Shown here: positions 1-10,079 of the stretch, in pieces
Numbering within the stretch: the first letter of the stretch is position 1
Layout: every line of letters starts with the position of its first letter
Source of the DNA: Acidimicrobiia bacterium
GTDB taxonomy: Bacteria; Actinomycetota; Acidimicrobiia; Spongiisociales; JAENVV01
Length of the DNA: 20,000 nt
Assembly (NCBI GenBank): GCA_041577335.1
Contig: JBFGJH010000007.1
Coordinates: 54,858-74,857 of the forward strand
Reading direction: 5' to 3'
Translations under genes and position numbers: made by a program
The notes under the pieces: model-generated
Database searches by the model: none
Told to the model about the DNA's origin: nothing
The model's input: the letters and a program-made list of their open reading frames with translations, nothing else

Positions 1-2
1 TG

Positions 3-812
3 GTGGGTGGCGCCGTCCTCTATGGCCTCGGGGCAGTAACCGTGCCAGGTGCCGGACCGGGGCTCTACCTCCTCGGGCAGGCCTTGGTGTCGGCGGCGCA
101 GCTGACTGCCCACTATGTCAACGAATACGCCGATTTCGAAGCTGACCGAGGCGTGTTCAATCGAACGATATTCAGCGGTGGCAGCGGTGTGCTCGCCTCG
201 GGCGCGCTGCATCGGAGGGTCGCCCTTCGCGCTGCCATTGTGACGAGCGCCAGCACCCTCGTTTTGGCAGCATTGGTCGCACCTTCTTCGAGGACGGCTG
301 CGATTCTGGGATTGCTCGCTCTGGCGTCTGCTTGGGGATACTCCATGCCGCCGCTTCGGATCCTCAACACGGGTTGGGGTGAAGTCGTGGCATCCCTGGT
401 TGTTGCTGTGCTCGTGCCCGTGACCGGAGCAGCCGTCAACGGGGGTACCGTGACGACGCCGCTGGCTTGGACAGTTGTCAGCCTCTTCTTCATCCACATG
501 GCGATGCTCCTCGCCTTCGAGCTCCCCGACCTCGACAGTGACGCCGAGGCTGCCAAGACCGTGCTGGCCGTTCGGCTGGGCCGGACACGCACGAGGCAGG
601 TGATGGTCGCGGCAATCTGTGCGGCCGGGGTACTCAGTGTTTTGGCCATCGCCAGAGGGTCCACCAGCTTCTGGCCGACGGCGCTGAGCATCCTCCCAGC
701 GGCCGTTACGGTCATCTCCGCGTACCAGGATGCTTATCGGTATTTAACGATGGCTGCCGTGACAACACTCATGACATTCGCGGTAGCCAGTCTCATTACA
801 CTCGCCCCATAG
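3..812 (+). CDS. UbiA-family prenyltransferase, MenA-like (1,4-dihydroxy-2-naphthoate polyprenyltransferase); 5' end truncated by the window
   Basis: Multi-TM protein with [24 protein letters not shown] and PDLDSD..K...AVRLG motifs typical of MenA/UbiA proteins. Confidence 0.8.
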   Translation: MGGAVLYGLGAVTVPGAGPGLYLLGQALVSAAQLTAHYVNEYADFEADRGVFNRTIFSGGSGVLASGALHRRVALRAAIVTSASTLVLAALVAPSSRTAAILGLLALASAWGYSMPPLRILNTGWGEVVASLVVAVLVPVTGAAVNGGTVTTPLAWTVVSLFFIHMAMLLAFELPDLDSDAEAAKTVLAVRLGRTRTRQVMVAAICAAGVLSVLAIARGSTSFWPTALSILPAAVTVISAYQDAYRYLTMAAVTTLMTFAVASLITLAP

Positions 813-831
813 AAACGAAATGAGGCCACAA

Positions 832-3570
832 ATGACCAATGACGCCTTCGGCGCTCGGGCAACCCTCTCAACTCCGCTCGGCGATCGTACGATCTATCGA
901 CTCGATGCGCTTCGAGAAATCGGCGACATCGACACGATTCCCTACTCCATCAAGGTGCTGCTCGAGTCGGTGCTCAGGAACTACGACGGCCACATCGTTC
1001 AAGACGAAGATGTCCGAGCGCTGGCGTCGTACAACGCCTCCAAGGTGGGCGAAACCGAAATCCCTTTCACGCCTGGCCGAGTCGTGCTCCAGGATTTCAC
1101 AGGTGTTCCGGCCGTCGTCGATCTCGCTGCCATGCGGTCTGCGGTCGTCAGAATGACGGGCGACACCGCCAACGCTGCCAAAGTGAATCCTCAGGTGCAA
1201 TGTGACCTGGTGATCGATCACTCGGTTCAGGTCGATGCCTTCAACTCGGGCATGGCACTTCGCATCAACGCCCAAATGGAGTTCGAGCGAAATCGCGAAC
1301 GGTACGAGTTCCTCAAGTGGGGCCAGAGCGCTTTCTCCAACTTCAGAGTGGTGCCGCCGGCAACCGGCATCGTCCACCAGGTGAACTTGGAGTACCTCGC
1401 CAAGGTGGTCTGGGACAACGGAACCGAGCTCTATCCCGACAGCCTGGTCGGGACGGACTCACACACGACGATGATCAATGGAATCGGAGTCGTCGGTTGG
1501 GGCGTCGGCGGCATCGAAGCCGAAGCAGTGATGGTGGGTCAGCCCATCTACATGCTCATTCCTGAGGTTGTCGGCTTCAAGCTCACGGGCCAGCTCGCCG
1601 ATGGCGCTACCGCCACGGACATGGTCTTGGCCGTCACCCAGCTGCTGCGTGAGCACGGCGTCGTCGGGAAGTTCGTCGAGTTCCATGGCCCCGGCCTCGC
1701 CGACATGCCGCTCGCCAACCGGGCAACCATCGCCAACATGGCCCCCGAATATGGCGCAACGGTGGGCTTCTTTCCCGTGGATGAGCAGACGTTGACCTAC
1801 TTGCGCTTGACCGGCCGCGATGATGCGCTCGTCGACACCGTCGAGCAGTACTACAAAGAGCAGGGCCTCTGGCGCGACGACGCTCGCCAGATCACATATT
1901 CATCGAATCTCGAGCTCGACCTCTCAACGGTGCTCCCAGCGCTGGCCGGGCCGAAACGCCCCCAAGATCGGATCCTTCTCTCGGGCATGAAGGCCCAATG
2001 GGATCAAGACCTGGTCAACACGTTCCACAAGCCCAGTCCGGCCGCGTCTGGGACGATCCAGGAGATGGCAGACGAGGGTGGCCCGGCTCTGAACGGCGTC
2101 GACAGCGGCCCCCATCGGGTGGCCGTTGCCTACGAGGGGGCCAAGTTCGAGCTCGCCCATGGCGCTGTCGCCATCGCCGCCATCACCTCCTGCACGAACA
2201 CCTCAAACCCTTCGGTGATGGTGGGCGCCGGTCTGGTCGCCAGAAAAGCACGCGAGAAGGGTCTCAACCGGAAACCGTGGGTGAAGACATCTCTGGCTCC
2301 CGGATCGAAGGTCGTGACCGAATATCTCGATGCGGCCGACCTGACCAAGGACCTCGAGGGTGTCGGCTTCTTCAACGTCGGGTACGGATGCACGACGTGC
2401 ATCGGCAACTCCGGCCCTCTACCGGAACCGATCGCCACCGCTGTGGAAGCCAACGACCTCGTGGTGGCATCGGTCCTGTCCGGCAACCGGAACTTCGAAG
2501 GCCGGATCTCTCCACTTGTCAAAGCCAACTACCTGGCGTCACCCCCACTCGTGGTCGCGTACGCCCTGGCCGGAACAGTCGACATCGATCTCACCACCGA
2601 GCCGCTGGGCGTCGGAAGCGACGGCAGTCCTGTCTACCTCAGGGACATCTGGCCGAGCCAGTCGGAGATCGATGAGGTCGTCCGCGTCGCGGTCAATCGC
2701 GAGCAGTTCGTGGAGCAATACAGCAACGTGTTCGAAGGGCCCGAGGAATGGCAAGCGATCGAGACCACAGGGGACGTTCTCTACAACTGGAACCCGGCAT
2801 CCACGTATGTTCAGGAGCCTCCCTTCTTCGAGGGCCTCACCGCAGAGCCGGGCACGATTGGGCCCATCGAAGGCGCCCGCGTGCTCGTCAAGGTTGGCGG
2901 ATCGGTCACCACCGATCACATCTCACCTGCCGGATCGATAGCCGAGACGTCCCCTGCCGGGGAATACCTGCTTGCCCAGGGGGTCGAGAAGAGACTGTTC
3001 AACTCGTATGGTTCCCGACGCGGCAACGATCGAGTTATGACGCGTGGGACATTCGCGAATGTCCGGGTACGCAACCATTTGGCTCCGAACACCGAAGGCG
3101 GATGGACGACCGATTTCACCGACGGACAAGTCAAAACGATCTACGACGCCAGCCTTTCCTACCAGGCGGCGGGCATCCCGCTGATCGTGCTCGCCGGCAG
3201 CGACTACGGGATGGGGTCATCCCGCGATTGGGCTGCCAAAGGCACGTACCTGCTCGGAGCGCGCGCCGTGATCGCCGAATCGTACGAGCGGATCCATCGG
3301 TCGAATCTCATCGGAATGGGTGTTCTGCCTCTGCAATACGCCGGCGGCGCAACCGCTGAGTCGCTCGGTCTCGACGGGACCGAAACATTCGACATCCGGG
3401 TCGACGACGGCCTGTTGCCTCGTCAGGACGTCGTGGTACGGGCCACTCGTGACGACGGTTCGGTGGTGGAATTCACGGCCACATGTCGGATCGATACACC
3501 CGTCGAGGTGGACTACTACCGCAACGGCGGGATTCTCCACACCGTATTGAAGTCGATGGCGTCATCCTGA
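832..3570 (+). CDS. acnA: Aconitate hydratase A
   Basis: ~910 aa; [70 protein letters not shown] at 822-825 favours ATG 832 over 820. Confidence 0.97.
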   Translation: MTNDAFGARATLSTPLGDRTIYRLDALREIGDIDTIPYSIKVLLESVLRNYDGHIVQDEDVRALASYNASKVGETEIPFTPGRVVLQDFTGVPAVVDLAAMRSAVVRMTGDTANAAKVNPQVQCDLVIDHSVQVDAFNSGMALRINAQMEFERNRERYEFLKWGQSAFSNFRVVPPATGIVHQVNLEYLAKVVWDNGTELYPDSLVGTDSHTTMINGIGVVGWGVGGIEAEAVMVGQPIYMLIPEVVGFKLTGQLADGATATDMVLAVTQLLREHGVVGKFVEFHGPGLADMPLANRATIANMAPEYGATVGFFPVDEQTLTYLRLTGRDDALVDTVEQYYKEQGLWRDDARQITYSSNLELDLSTVLPALAGPKRPQDRILLSGMKAQWDQDLVNTFHKPSPAASGTIQEMADEGGPALNGVDSGPHRVAVAYEGAKFELAHGAVAIAAITSCTNTSNPSVMVGAGLVARKAREKGLNRKPWVKTSLAPGSKVVTEYLDAADLTKDLEGVGFFNVGYGCTTCIGNSGPLPEPIATAVEANDLVVASVLSGNRNFEGRISPLVKANYLASPPLVVAYALAGTVDIDLTTEPLGVGSDGSPVYLRDIWPSQSEIDEVVRVAVNREQFVEQYSNVFEGPEEWQAIETTGDVLYNWNPASTYVQEPPFFEGLTAEPGTIGPIEGARVLVKVGGSVTTDHISPAGSIAETSPAGEYLLAQGVEKRLFNSYGSRRGNDRVMTRGTFANVRVRNHLAPNTEGGWTTDFTDGQVKTIYDASLSYQAAGIPLIVLAGSDYGMGSSRDWAAKGTYLLGARAVIAESYERIHRSNLIGMGVLPLQYAGGATAESLGLDGTETFDIRVDDGLLPRQDVVVRATRDDGSVVEFTATCRIDTPVEVDYYRNGGILHTVLKSMASS

Positions 3571-4397
3571 CCGCTGAAGACCTCACGGATCGTGGGATCG
3601 AAGGGTCGATCCATGACATCGGGCACGGGTCGCTCTCCCAACCAATGCGAGGCTGACAAAGCCCAGTCACCAGGACGGTCGGCTTTCTCGTCGGGAAGCA
3701 CTCCCGCTCGATCGAGACTGCTGCGTCCGAAGACTTGCGCACGGGCGCTCACCGAGAAACAGTCGGCTCCGTTGGAGCTGATTATGACGCCTCGGTGGGA
3801 CGGCAGTTCGTACCAGCCTTCGTCTCCACCGGAATACTCCCAACCGATGAACTCGTTCAGGCATGCAGCCATGGAGCCAGGCATCAACTGATCCCCGTCC
3901 AACTCATCGATCCCGAACGTTCTTTCTTCGTAGTGCAGATGCGGGGTTGACGATGCGCCGGAGTTCCCAGACAGGCCCACCACGTCGCCGGCCTTCACCG
4001 GGCCGTCGGCGATGTGTACCTCGGACATATGGGCGAGGAGATAGTTGCGAGAACCGTCGGCCGCACTGATCTGCACCCAGTTCCCGTAGCCGTGGCCGCA
4101 GCCGCTCGGATGGTTGCCACAGTCCGAGCTCACGGCTGTCACGAAGCCATCCACCGGCGCGACCAACGGCGTGCCGGTGGGCATCAGGAAGTCGATGGCG
4201 TCGTAATCGTGGTGGCCATTGCAAACCGGCCCGCCACTGCCTCGAGTGCACCCCAACTCCGCTGAGCCGACAAACGGAACGACCGAGGGGGGATCGTCGG
4301 AGGCAGAGAGGGCGCGGGGCGCTGCTCCTGTGATGAGAACAAGGAGGACTGCGGCAATGACGACGAGCCGCGGCGAACGCGTGTAGCTGTGAGACAT
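3516..4397 (-). CDS. Secreted M23-family metallopeptidase with Cys-containing loops and an unassigned C-terminal tail
   Basis: N-terminal hydrophobic signal; HDYDAIDF (HxxxD-type), [24 protein letters not shown] (HxH). Confidence 0.85.
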   Translation of the reverse strand: MSHSYTRSPRLVVIAAVLLVLITGAAPRALSASDDPPSVVPFVGSAELGCTRGSGGPVCNGHHDYDAIDFLMPTGTPLVAPVDGFVTAVSSDCGNHPSGCGHGYGNWVQISAADGSRNYLLAHMSEVHIADGPVKAGDVVGLSGNSGASSTPHLHYEERTFGIDELDGDQLMPGSMAACLNEFIGWEYSGGDEGWYELPSHRGVIISSNGADCFSVSARAQVFGRSSLDRAGVLPDEKADRPGDWALSASHWLGERPVPDVMDRPFDPTIREVFSGQDDAIDFNTVWRIPPLR

Positions 4398-4415
4398 GAA
4401 TACGGGGAAGATGCC

Positions 4416-4443
4416 TTATCGGCAACAAAAGGGATCGCCTTGA
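4416..4443 (-). promoter_or_regulatory. Sigma28 (FliA/WhiG)-type promoter for the M23 gene
   Basis: Minus strand reads TCAAG-N15-GCCGATAA, 18 nt upstream of the ATG at 4397; the -10 element is a perfect sigma28 consensus. Confidence 0.65.
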
Positions 4444-4573
4444 GGCGACCCGACAAGAAAGCTAGTGGAGTTGCGCACCGACACCAAGCCATCGTTTGCC
4501 AGTTATTGCCAGGCATGGGGATCGCTTCCACCCGGGAACACCCCCAGCCGGCCCTCACGACTACCGTGGCCGG

Positions 4574-5140
4574 ATGGCATTGATCGACCCCCTCGCATGG
4601 ATCGACTTGGAGATGACGGGCCTGGACCCTGGCTCTGACGTCATCGTGGAAATCGCAGTGATCCTCACCGACGGCCAGTTGGCACAGACGATCGAGGGAC
4701 CCGATTTGGTCATTGCCGCCCCACCCGACGCCCTGGCTCGGATGGCGCCGATCGTCCGCACGATGCACACAGAATCGGGCCTACTCGACCGGATCCGCAA
4801 TTCCGCGATGTCGGTCGCCCAGGCTGAGGAATCGGTGATGGCCTTCCTCAGTTCCAATATCGCGGAGGGACAAGAGGTGTTGCTGGCCGGCAACAGCGTC
4901 CATACCGATCGCAGCTTCATCCAGGCGCACATGCCGACGCTCGATGGATTCCTGCACTACCGCCACCTGGACGTGAGCACGCTCAAAGAGATCGCCAGGC
5001 GGTGGTACCCGGAGGCGCTCGCAACGGCTCCGCGCAAGAGTGGCGGCCACCGAGCGCTCGCCGACATCAGAGAGTCCATCAAAGAGCTCCGCCATTATCG
5101 ACAGACCTTGTTTGTGGAGAGGGCTCAGGAGCCCCAGTAG
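4574..5140 (+). CDS. orn: Oligoribonuclease
   Basis: WIDLEMTGLD, LAGNSVHTDR, HYRHLDVSTLKE, HRALADIRESIKEL; TACCGT -10 lies 6 nt before the ATG (probably leaderless). Confidence 0.95.
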   Translation: MALIDPLAWIDLEMTGLDPGSDVIVEIAVILTDGQLAQTIEGPDLVIAAPPDALARMAPIVRTMHTESGLLDRIRNSAMSVAQAEESVMAFLSSNIAEGQEVLLAGNSVHTDRSFIQAHMPTLDGFLHYRHLDVSTLKEIARRWYPEALATAPRKSGGHRALADIRESIKELRHYRQTLFVERAQEPQ

Positions 5141-5733
5141 CGCTGCTCCCGGAACGGGTCGCCGTACATGTGGTAGCCATTTCGTTCCCAGAACCCGGCG
5201 ACATCATGATCGAGGAAACGGAAGCTCCGAACCCACTTCACCGACTTCCAGAAGTAGAGATGCGGGACAACGAGCCGAAGTGGCCAGCCGTGCTCCAGTT
5301 CGAGAGGTTCGCCGTCGAACGACCATGCCAAGAGGTTCTCGGGGCGCAGGAAGTCATCGAGCGGGAGGTTGGCCGTGTAGCCGTGCTCCGCTTGCACGAG
5401 CACATGGCTGGCTTCGTCATTGAGTGCCACGCCGCTCATGAAGTCGGTGATTCGAACACCCTGCCACCGGGTGTCCAGCTTCGACCATTTGGTGACGCAA
5501 TGGATGTCGACAACCTGGTCGGTGGACGGCATTGCCGTGATCTCATCGAGGGTCCACGATTGCTCTGTCGCGACAAGGCCCATGATCTTGAAATCCCATG
5601 TTGCCAGGTCGATGTCGGGCACCACTCCTGCATGCAGCACCGGAAACCGGTCGGTGACGTATTGGCCCGGAGGTACCCGAGACGGGTCGACGCCATCTCC
5701 TCCTGGCGGCTGTTTGCCTCCTCCGAACCTCAT
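5125..5733 (-). CDS. Sulfite oxidase-like molybdopterin-dependent oxidoreductase
   Basis: RVPPGQY, FPVLH, DIHCVTKWS, EHGWPLRLVVPHLYFWKSVKW, GFWERNGYH..GDP; start MRFGGG at 5733 with TACACT 7 nt upstream. Confidence 0.9.
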   Translation of the reverse strand: MRFGGGKQPPGGDGVDPSRVPPGQYVTDRFPVLHAGVVPDIDLATWDFKIMGLVATEQSWTLDEITAMPSTDQVVDIHCVTKWSKLDTRWQGVRITDFMSGVALNDEASHVLVQAEHGYTANLPLDDFLRPENLLAWSFDGEPLELEHGWPLRLVVPHLYFWKSVKWVRSFRFLDHDVAGFWERNGYHMYGDPFREQRYWGS

Positions 5734-5740
5734 GCGGGCG

Positions 5741-5767
5741 AGTGTAACGACGCGCACCCGGTAACAT
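5741..5767. promoter_or_regulatory. Back-to-back -10 elements for two divergent, probably leaderless genes
   Basis: TACACT (minus, 5741-5746) is 7 nt before ATG 5733; TAACAT (plus, 5762-5767) is 6 nt before ATG 5774; no SD sequence. Confidence 0.6.
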
Positions 5768-5773
5768 CCTGAA

Positions 5774-6352
5774 ATGGATTCGGACAGCTCCGATGGTCCA
5801 CTCCCCCGAAGAACGGGCCGACTCACGGCGATCTTCATAGGTGTGATCGCTATTGCCCTGATCGCCGCCGCGGTGTGGCCTGGCCAGGACTCGACCCCGC
5901 TCGCCGAGGCGGGCGCCCTCGGCGTCGTCGGTAACGAAGATCCCGCCCCGGACTTCACGGTTCGCCTTTTCGACGGCTCCACCTTCACGCTTTCGGAGCA
6001 CCTGGTGACGGACGGCAGGCCAGTTGTCCTGAATTTCTGGGCTTCGTGGTGCGCTCCGTGTCGAGCCGAAATGCCCGACTTCGACGCGGTGGCAGCCGAA
6101 AAGCCGGGCCTCTTGGTTCTAGGGGTGGCCGTACAGGACTCCGAGGCCAACGCTCGCGAGTTTGCTGAAGAAGTAGGAGTTTCGTACCCGCTGGGCATTG
6201 ATAGCGACGAAACGGTGGCCGCGGCATATCGCTACCTGGGATTGCCTGCGACGTGGCTCATCTCTACGGACGGAACGATCGCCCGCCAGATCAACGGGCA
6301 GGTCGATGCAGATGCGCTGCGAGAGATGGTGGCAGGCAGTTTCGGCTTCTGA
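5774..6352 (+). CDS. Membrane-anchored TlpA/ResA-family thiol-disulfide oxidoreductase
   Basis: N-terminal TM, APDFT, VVLNFWASWCAPCRAEMP, GLPAT cis-Pro motif. Confidence 0.92.
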   Translation: MDSDSSDGPLPRRTGRLTAIFIGVIAIALIAAAVWPGQDSTPLAEAGALGVVGNEDPAPDFTVRLFDGSTFTLSEHLVTDGRPVVLNFWASWCAPCRAEMPDFDAVAAEKPGLLVLGVAVQDSEANAREFAEEVGVSYPLGIDSDETVAAAYRYLGLPATWLISTDGTIARQINGQVDADALREMVAGSFGF

Positions 6353-6495
6353 CGCGAATCCGCCCCCGGGCCGGCACCCGAAGTCCCACACGAGGCGGCG
6401 AGATCGAGGCGGGCAACATATTGACAGGCCGCCCCGCGCGGGTATCAGTTCAACGACGACAGCCTCGGTCAGGTTCCCGCAGTCGGCTCGACTCG

Positions 6496-6645
6496 CTACT
6501 GAATCACTCCACCGTTGTCGATGAGATCGCCCGCCCGCTCGAACGCGAGAGCGAGTGCCATGAGCGCCAACACCAGCAGGACCACCATGACTCCTGCCCG
6601 CACGGGCGGCGGACCGGGAAGACCGTTGTATATCCGTTTCAGCAT
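6496..6645 (-). CDS. 49-aa single-TM membrane protein coupled to the sortase gene (not in ORF track)
   Basis: MLKRIYNGLPGPPPVRAGVMVVLLVLALMALALAFERAGDLIDNGGVIQ; its ATG overlaps the sortase TGA (TGATG); the LPGP + TM pattern resembles small proteins found after actinobacterial class E sortases. Confidence 0.75.
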   Translation of the reverse strand: MLKRIYNGLPGPPPVRAGVMVVLLVLALMALALAFERAGDLIDNGGVIQ

Positions 6646-7373
6646 CAGCCGACTCCGACGCTATCAGAGCCGTCGGCCGTGTCAGACGCTCCGTAGAGAT
6701 ATTCGAAATTCGGACCGTCGACGAGCTCGGCGAACACCACGAGGCGCTGGCGAGCCGATCGCCTGGGATGACAAGTCGTGAGCGTGAGCCACGAACCTTC
6801 CCGGGGCTCGGTCACCCACACGTCGGTGGGCTCGACAATCAAGACTTCCCGAACCGTGTAGATGTGGGCGCCGGTCGCCGTCTGGACCGTGATCTCGTCG
6901 CCGTCTTCGAGTAGATCGAGATCAGCAAACGGAGCTTCATATGTGGTGCGATGACCGCTGATCACGGCGTTGCCGGGCTGGCCGGGCAGCGGGGTCCACG
7001 GCATGTGCCCCGGGCCCTTCTTCAGGTCGTCTCGGCGCACGCCCTCGAAAACAATGTGGTCGACCTCCGCCTTTTCGCTGATGATGCGCGCGAATGGATT
7101 GCCCTCATCGACCGCGAACTCCGGGTAGAGCACCGGGGCGGTTTCGTCGGATCCTTGATCGGGAGCGGTCCCCACAACGGCTGGAGCCACCGGGAGCCCG
7201 GCTTCCTGAATCTGATCGATCGTGTTGTCAAAGATGCTCTCGAGCTGAGACTCGGCGTCGGCCTGCGCCTGCGCTGTGATGAACCCCGTTCCCCACAGCT
7301 GATAGGCGAGAAACGCCAGGATGAGTCCCCCGGACCAGATCATGGCCCACCCGAGAATGCGGACGACCTTCAC
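6645..7373 (-). CDS. Class E sortase
   Basis: N-terminal TM (AFLAYQLWGTG), LKKGPGH, PGQPGNAVISGHRTTY, LTLTTCHP...RL catalytic His/Cys/Arg; AGAGAGG RBS before GTG 7373. Confidence 0.92.
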   Translation of the reverse strand: MKVVRILGWAMIWSGGLILAFLAYQLWGTGFITAQAQADAESQLESIFDNTIDQIQEAGLPVAPAVVGTAPDQGSDETAPVLYPEFAVDEGNPFARIISEKAEVDHIVFEGVRRDDLKKGPGHMPWTPLPGQPGNAVISGHRTTYEAPFADLDLLEDGDEITVQTATGAHIYTVREVLIVEPTDVWVTEPREGSWLTLTTCHPRRSARQRLVVFAELVDGPNFEYLYGASDTADGSDSVGVG

Positions 7374-7422
7374 CCACACACCTCTCTTTCGAGTGGTCAG
7401 CGTATCAGTGTCTCGGCGCTTC

Positions 7423-8184
7423 TCAACGTCCCTTGAACTCGGGTGTCCGCTTCCCGACAAAGGCAGCCAGCCCCTCGCGAGCATCCTCGGTCATCGCCAC
7501 CGAGGTGAGACCCACAGCGAGATGGTCGAGAGCCGCATCGAAGGCCAGATCTTGGACTGCATAGAAGCTGTGTTTGCCCATGGCCAGCACAGCCCGACTC
7601 TTGCTCATGAGCTCAGCAACGAGCTCGTCGACCGCGGCGTCGAGCTCTTCCGGAGCGACCACTCGGGACAGGGCACCGATCCGCAAGGCCTCGGCGGCCC
7701 CGATCCGCCGACCGCTCATGACCAAGTCGAGGGCCACCTTGGGCGGAAGGCTCCGCTGAATCACTGTGGAGATCATCATCGGGAACAGGCCGACCGTCAC
7801 CTCGGGCGCTCCAAACGATGCCATGTCGACGCCGATTGCCATATCGCACGCCAGCATCAACCCGAAGCCGCCGGCTAGCGCATGTCCGTTGACGCGGGCC
7901 ACAACCGGCTGATCGCAGCGCCGCATCAATCGAAACAGCTCAGCAAGTCGGCTCCGTTCTCGGTGAGTGGCAAGCGGCTCATCGAAAAATCCACCGCTGA
8001 GGTCCCCGCCTGCGCAAAACGCCTTGTCGCCTGCCCCGGTGATGATTACAACCCGGATCTGGTCTGGCATCGTGTTGAACCCACTGATCAAGCCGGCAAC
8101 GACATCGTCGGTCAGCGGGTTGCGGCGATCAGGGTCGTCGATGGTGAATGTGAGCCGTCCCGCAGAAACTTCGGTTCGGAGCAT
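7423..8184 (-). CDS. Enoyl-CoA hydratase/isomerase (crotonase) family protein
   Basis: RRNPL, AFCAGGDL, ARVNGHALAGGFGL, FGAPEVTVGLFP, DAREGLAAFVGKRTPEFKGR; AGGAG RBS. Confidence 0.92.
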   Translation of the reverse strand: MLRTEVSAGRLTFTIDDPDRRNPLTDDVVAGLISGFNTMPDQIRVVIITGAGDKAFCAGGDLSGGFFDEPLATHRERSRLAELFRLMRRCDQPVVARVNGHALAGGFGLMLACDMAIGVDMASFGAPEVTVGLFPMMISTVIQRSLPPKVALDLVMSGRRIGAAEALRIGALSRVVAPEELDAAVDELVAELMSKSRAVLAMGKHSFYAVQDLAFDAALDHLAVGLTSVAMTEDAREGLAAFVGKRTPEFKGR

Positions 8185-8251
8185 GATTCTCCTGGATATC
8201 GTTGGCGAAACATAGTCGATTGGCCCCCCACCCTGGTACGGTCGAAACGCA

Positions 8252-8839
8252 ATGCTGTGGCTCCTCCTCGTCCTATTCATAGCGATCTTCATTGCCGTGC
8301 TGCGTGGTGGCCGGTTGGGCAACCTGGCGGAGATCGAACTGAAGCTGTGGTACCTGTTGGTGCTTGGCTTCGTCATGCAGGGCGTCACCGAATTCTTCCC
8401 AGATGATGCGTCCTGGTCACGGCCAGCTGGCGTGTCTTTGGTGCTGCTGTCCTATCTGCCGATCCTCGCCACGATTGCGGCCAACCGCGCCAAGCCGGGG
8501 ATGTGGCTGGCCGGAATCGGGATTCTGATGAACTTCACCGTCATCGCTTCCAACGGTGGCATGCCGGTGATGCAGGAAGCTGCCCAGGTGGCGGCGTCCA
8601 CCGACGCAATCGTCCTCGTCGCCGACCACAAGCACGTGGTGCTCGATGCGGCAACCCGCCTTCCCTTCCTGGCTGATGTGATTCCCCTTCGTTTTCTCGG
8701 GGAGGGCAACGTGTTGTCGCTGGGCGATGTGTTCCTGGCGGTCGGTCTCGGCCGGTTCCTCGAGGCTGAGCTCAGGCGTCCGGTCCGTTGGTTCAAACAC
8801 AGGGCGGCATCGGAATCAGGGAGCGCAGAACGCGGCTAG
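8252..8839 (+). CDS. DUF5317-family membrane protein
   Basis: RGGRLGNL N-terminus, G..MN..VIASNGGMPV, KH, TRLPFLADVIP, LSLGDV; recognised from memory of the family; extended -10 TGgTACGGT upstream. Confidence 0.8.
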   Translation: MLWLLLVLFIAIFIAVLRGGRLGNLAEIELKLWYLLVLGFVMQGVTEFFPDDASWSRPAGVSLVLLSYLPILATIAANRAKPGMWLAGIGILMNFTVIASNGGMPVMQEAAQVAASTDAIVLVADHKHVVLDAATRLPFLADVIPLRFLGEGNVLSLGDVFLAVGLGRFLEAELRRPVRWFKHRAASESGSAERG

Positions 8840-8849
8840 CGAGCAGGCT

Positions 8850-10079
8850 TCACCGAACTGCTGCTGTGTTGACAAGCCCCAAGTCGACGACCGTGCGCAC
8901 CGCCTCGACGACATCAGGGTCGTAGTCATAGGCAGCTCCCCGGTGCATCACCTCGAGGGCTTCGAGTGGTGAGAAACCCATCTCGTTGATTGCGTGGTCG
9001 AACGCGCTCGATGCCCTGATGACCTTCGAAGCAAGAGGAACGTTGGGATCCTTCTGCTCTCCAGGCCGACGATACGGTTGATGTTGGAGGCGAACGAGCG
9101 TGGCCACGTTGCTGAGGTAGCGGGCCTCGGAGATGATCTCGCTCCCCCAGCGCGCAATGTCATCTTCGCTGAACCCTGCTTTGAGAATGTTCGGCTCATT
9201 GAGGGTTATGCGGCCGATGTCATGCATGCGAGAGGCGTATTCGAGGTCCTGGATCTCGTGGGGGGTCATTCCGAGCTCTTGCCCGATCGCGACCGCCATG
9301 GCGGCAGTCCTATCCGAATGGCCGTCGGGCGATAGGCCGGCAACCTCGGGGATCCGCGACAGGGCTCGGATCGTCTGGTCGTAGGTGGATTGTGCCTCGG
9401 CGGTCCGCTGGAACGCTATGTAAGCGAATGCGAATGGAGGAAGAGCGACGAGGAGCGTCCACCAGCGAAGAGCGCTCCACGAGAATCCAGCCAGAGCGCC
9501 CACGATGTACAGGCTGAACGAGACAGGCCAGTCATCGAATGCCAGGATGGCCAGGTAACTGAGAGAGAGCCGGTCGCGGCCATACGAGGTCAACGCCCAT
9601 GCGCCCATCTCGAACACGAACCAGACGACCGCGGCGAGCGCAAACGCCACCAGCGGGCCCGACTCCCATCCTTGCATCGAGGCAGACAACCCGTCGAAGG
9701 TGAAGGCGTACAAGCCGGCACCGAGCGAATTGCGGATCGCCGCGCTGTCGATGGCGTGGCCTTCCCTGCCTCCAATTCGGGCGAGCATCCATCCGCCGAG
9801 ATAGCCGGCTGAGTACACGCAGAAGACGGCGGCGAGATCGGCTCCTCCGCCGCCGCCGACGACAACAGGCACTGCGACGGCCACGGCAAATGCGAAGGAC
9901 AGGCGATTGCCACTCTTGGCGGGTACCTCAAACAAGCTAGCGATCGCGAGGATCGTGGCCCACACGAGTATTCCACCGATTCCGTAGTCGGTCACGCCGA
10001 TCGACATGAAGAAGATCGAGACCATGCCTATGGCCCATAGGACCGGCTGAAGCTGATCGCGTGCAGAGATCTCAGCCAT
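8850..10079 (-). CDS. Membrane protein with a degenerate HD-GYP domain
   Basis: ~7-8 TM N-terminus; GHSDR and MHDIGR are retained, but HH..GYP is replaced by QHQPYRRPG and ADxFD by SSAFD; ends YDPDVVEA. Confidence 0.85.
   Translation of the reverse strand: MAEISARDQLQPVLWAIGMVSIFFMSIGVTDYGIGGILVWATILAIASLFEVPAKSGNRLSFAFAVAVAVPVVVGGGGGADLAAVFCVYSAGYLGGWMLARIGGREGHAIDSAAIRNSLGAGLYAFTFDGLSASMQGWESGPLVAFALAAVVWFVFEMGAWALTSYGRDRLSLSYLAILAFDDWPVSFSLYIVGALAGFSWSALRWWTLLVALPPFAFAYIAFQRTAEAQSTYDQTIRALSRIPEVAGLSPDGHSDRTAAMAVAIGQELGMTPHEIQDLEYASRMHDIGRITLNEPNILKAGFSEDDIARWGSEIISEARYLSNVATLVRLQHQPYRRPGEQKDPNVPLASKVIRASSAFDHAINEMGFSPLEALEVMHRGAAYDYDPDVVEAVRTVVDLGLVNTAAVR

Noticed and set aside
5734..6198. 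N-terminal extension of the 5125..6198 ORF
   Set aside because: Antisense to the clear TlpA gene; family similarity begins at MRFGGG (5733)
8185..8388. N-terminal extension of the crotonase ORF; likewise the extensions of orn (4496), sortase (7484), the HhH protein (15361) and the permease (17429)
   Set aside because: They overlap neighbouring genes or precede better-supported starts with an RBS or -10 element
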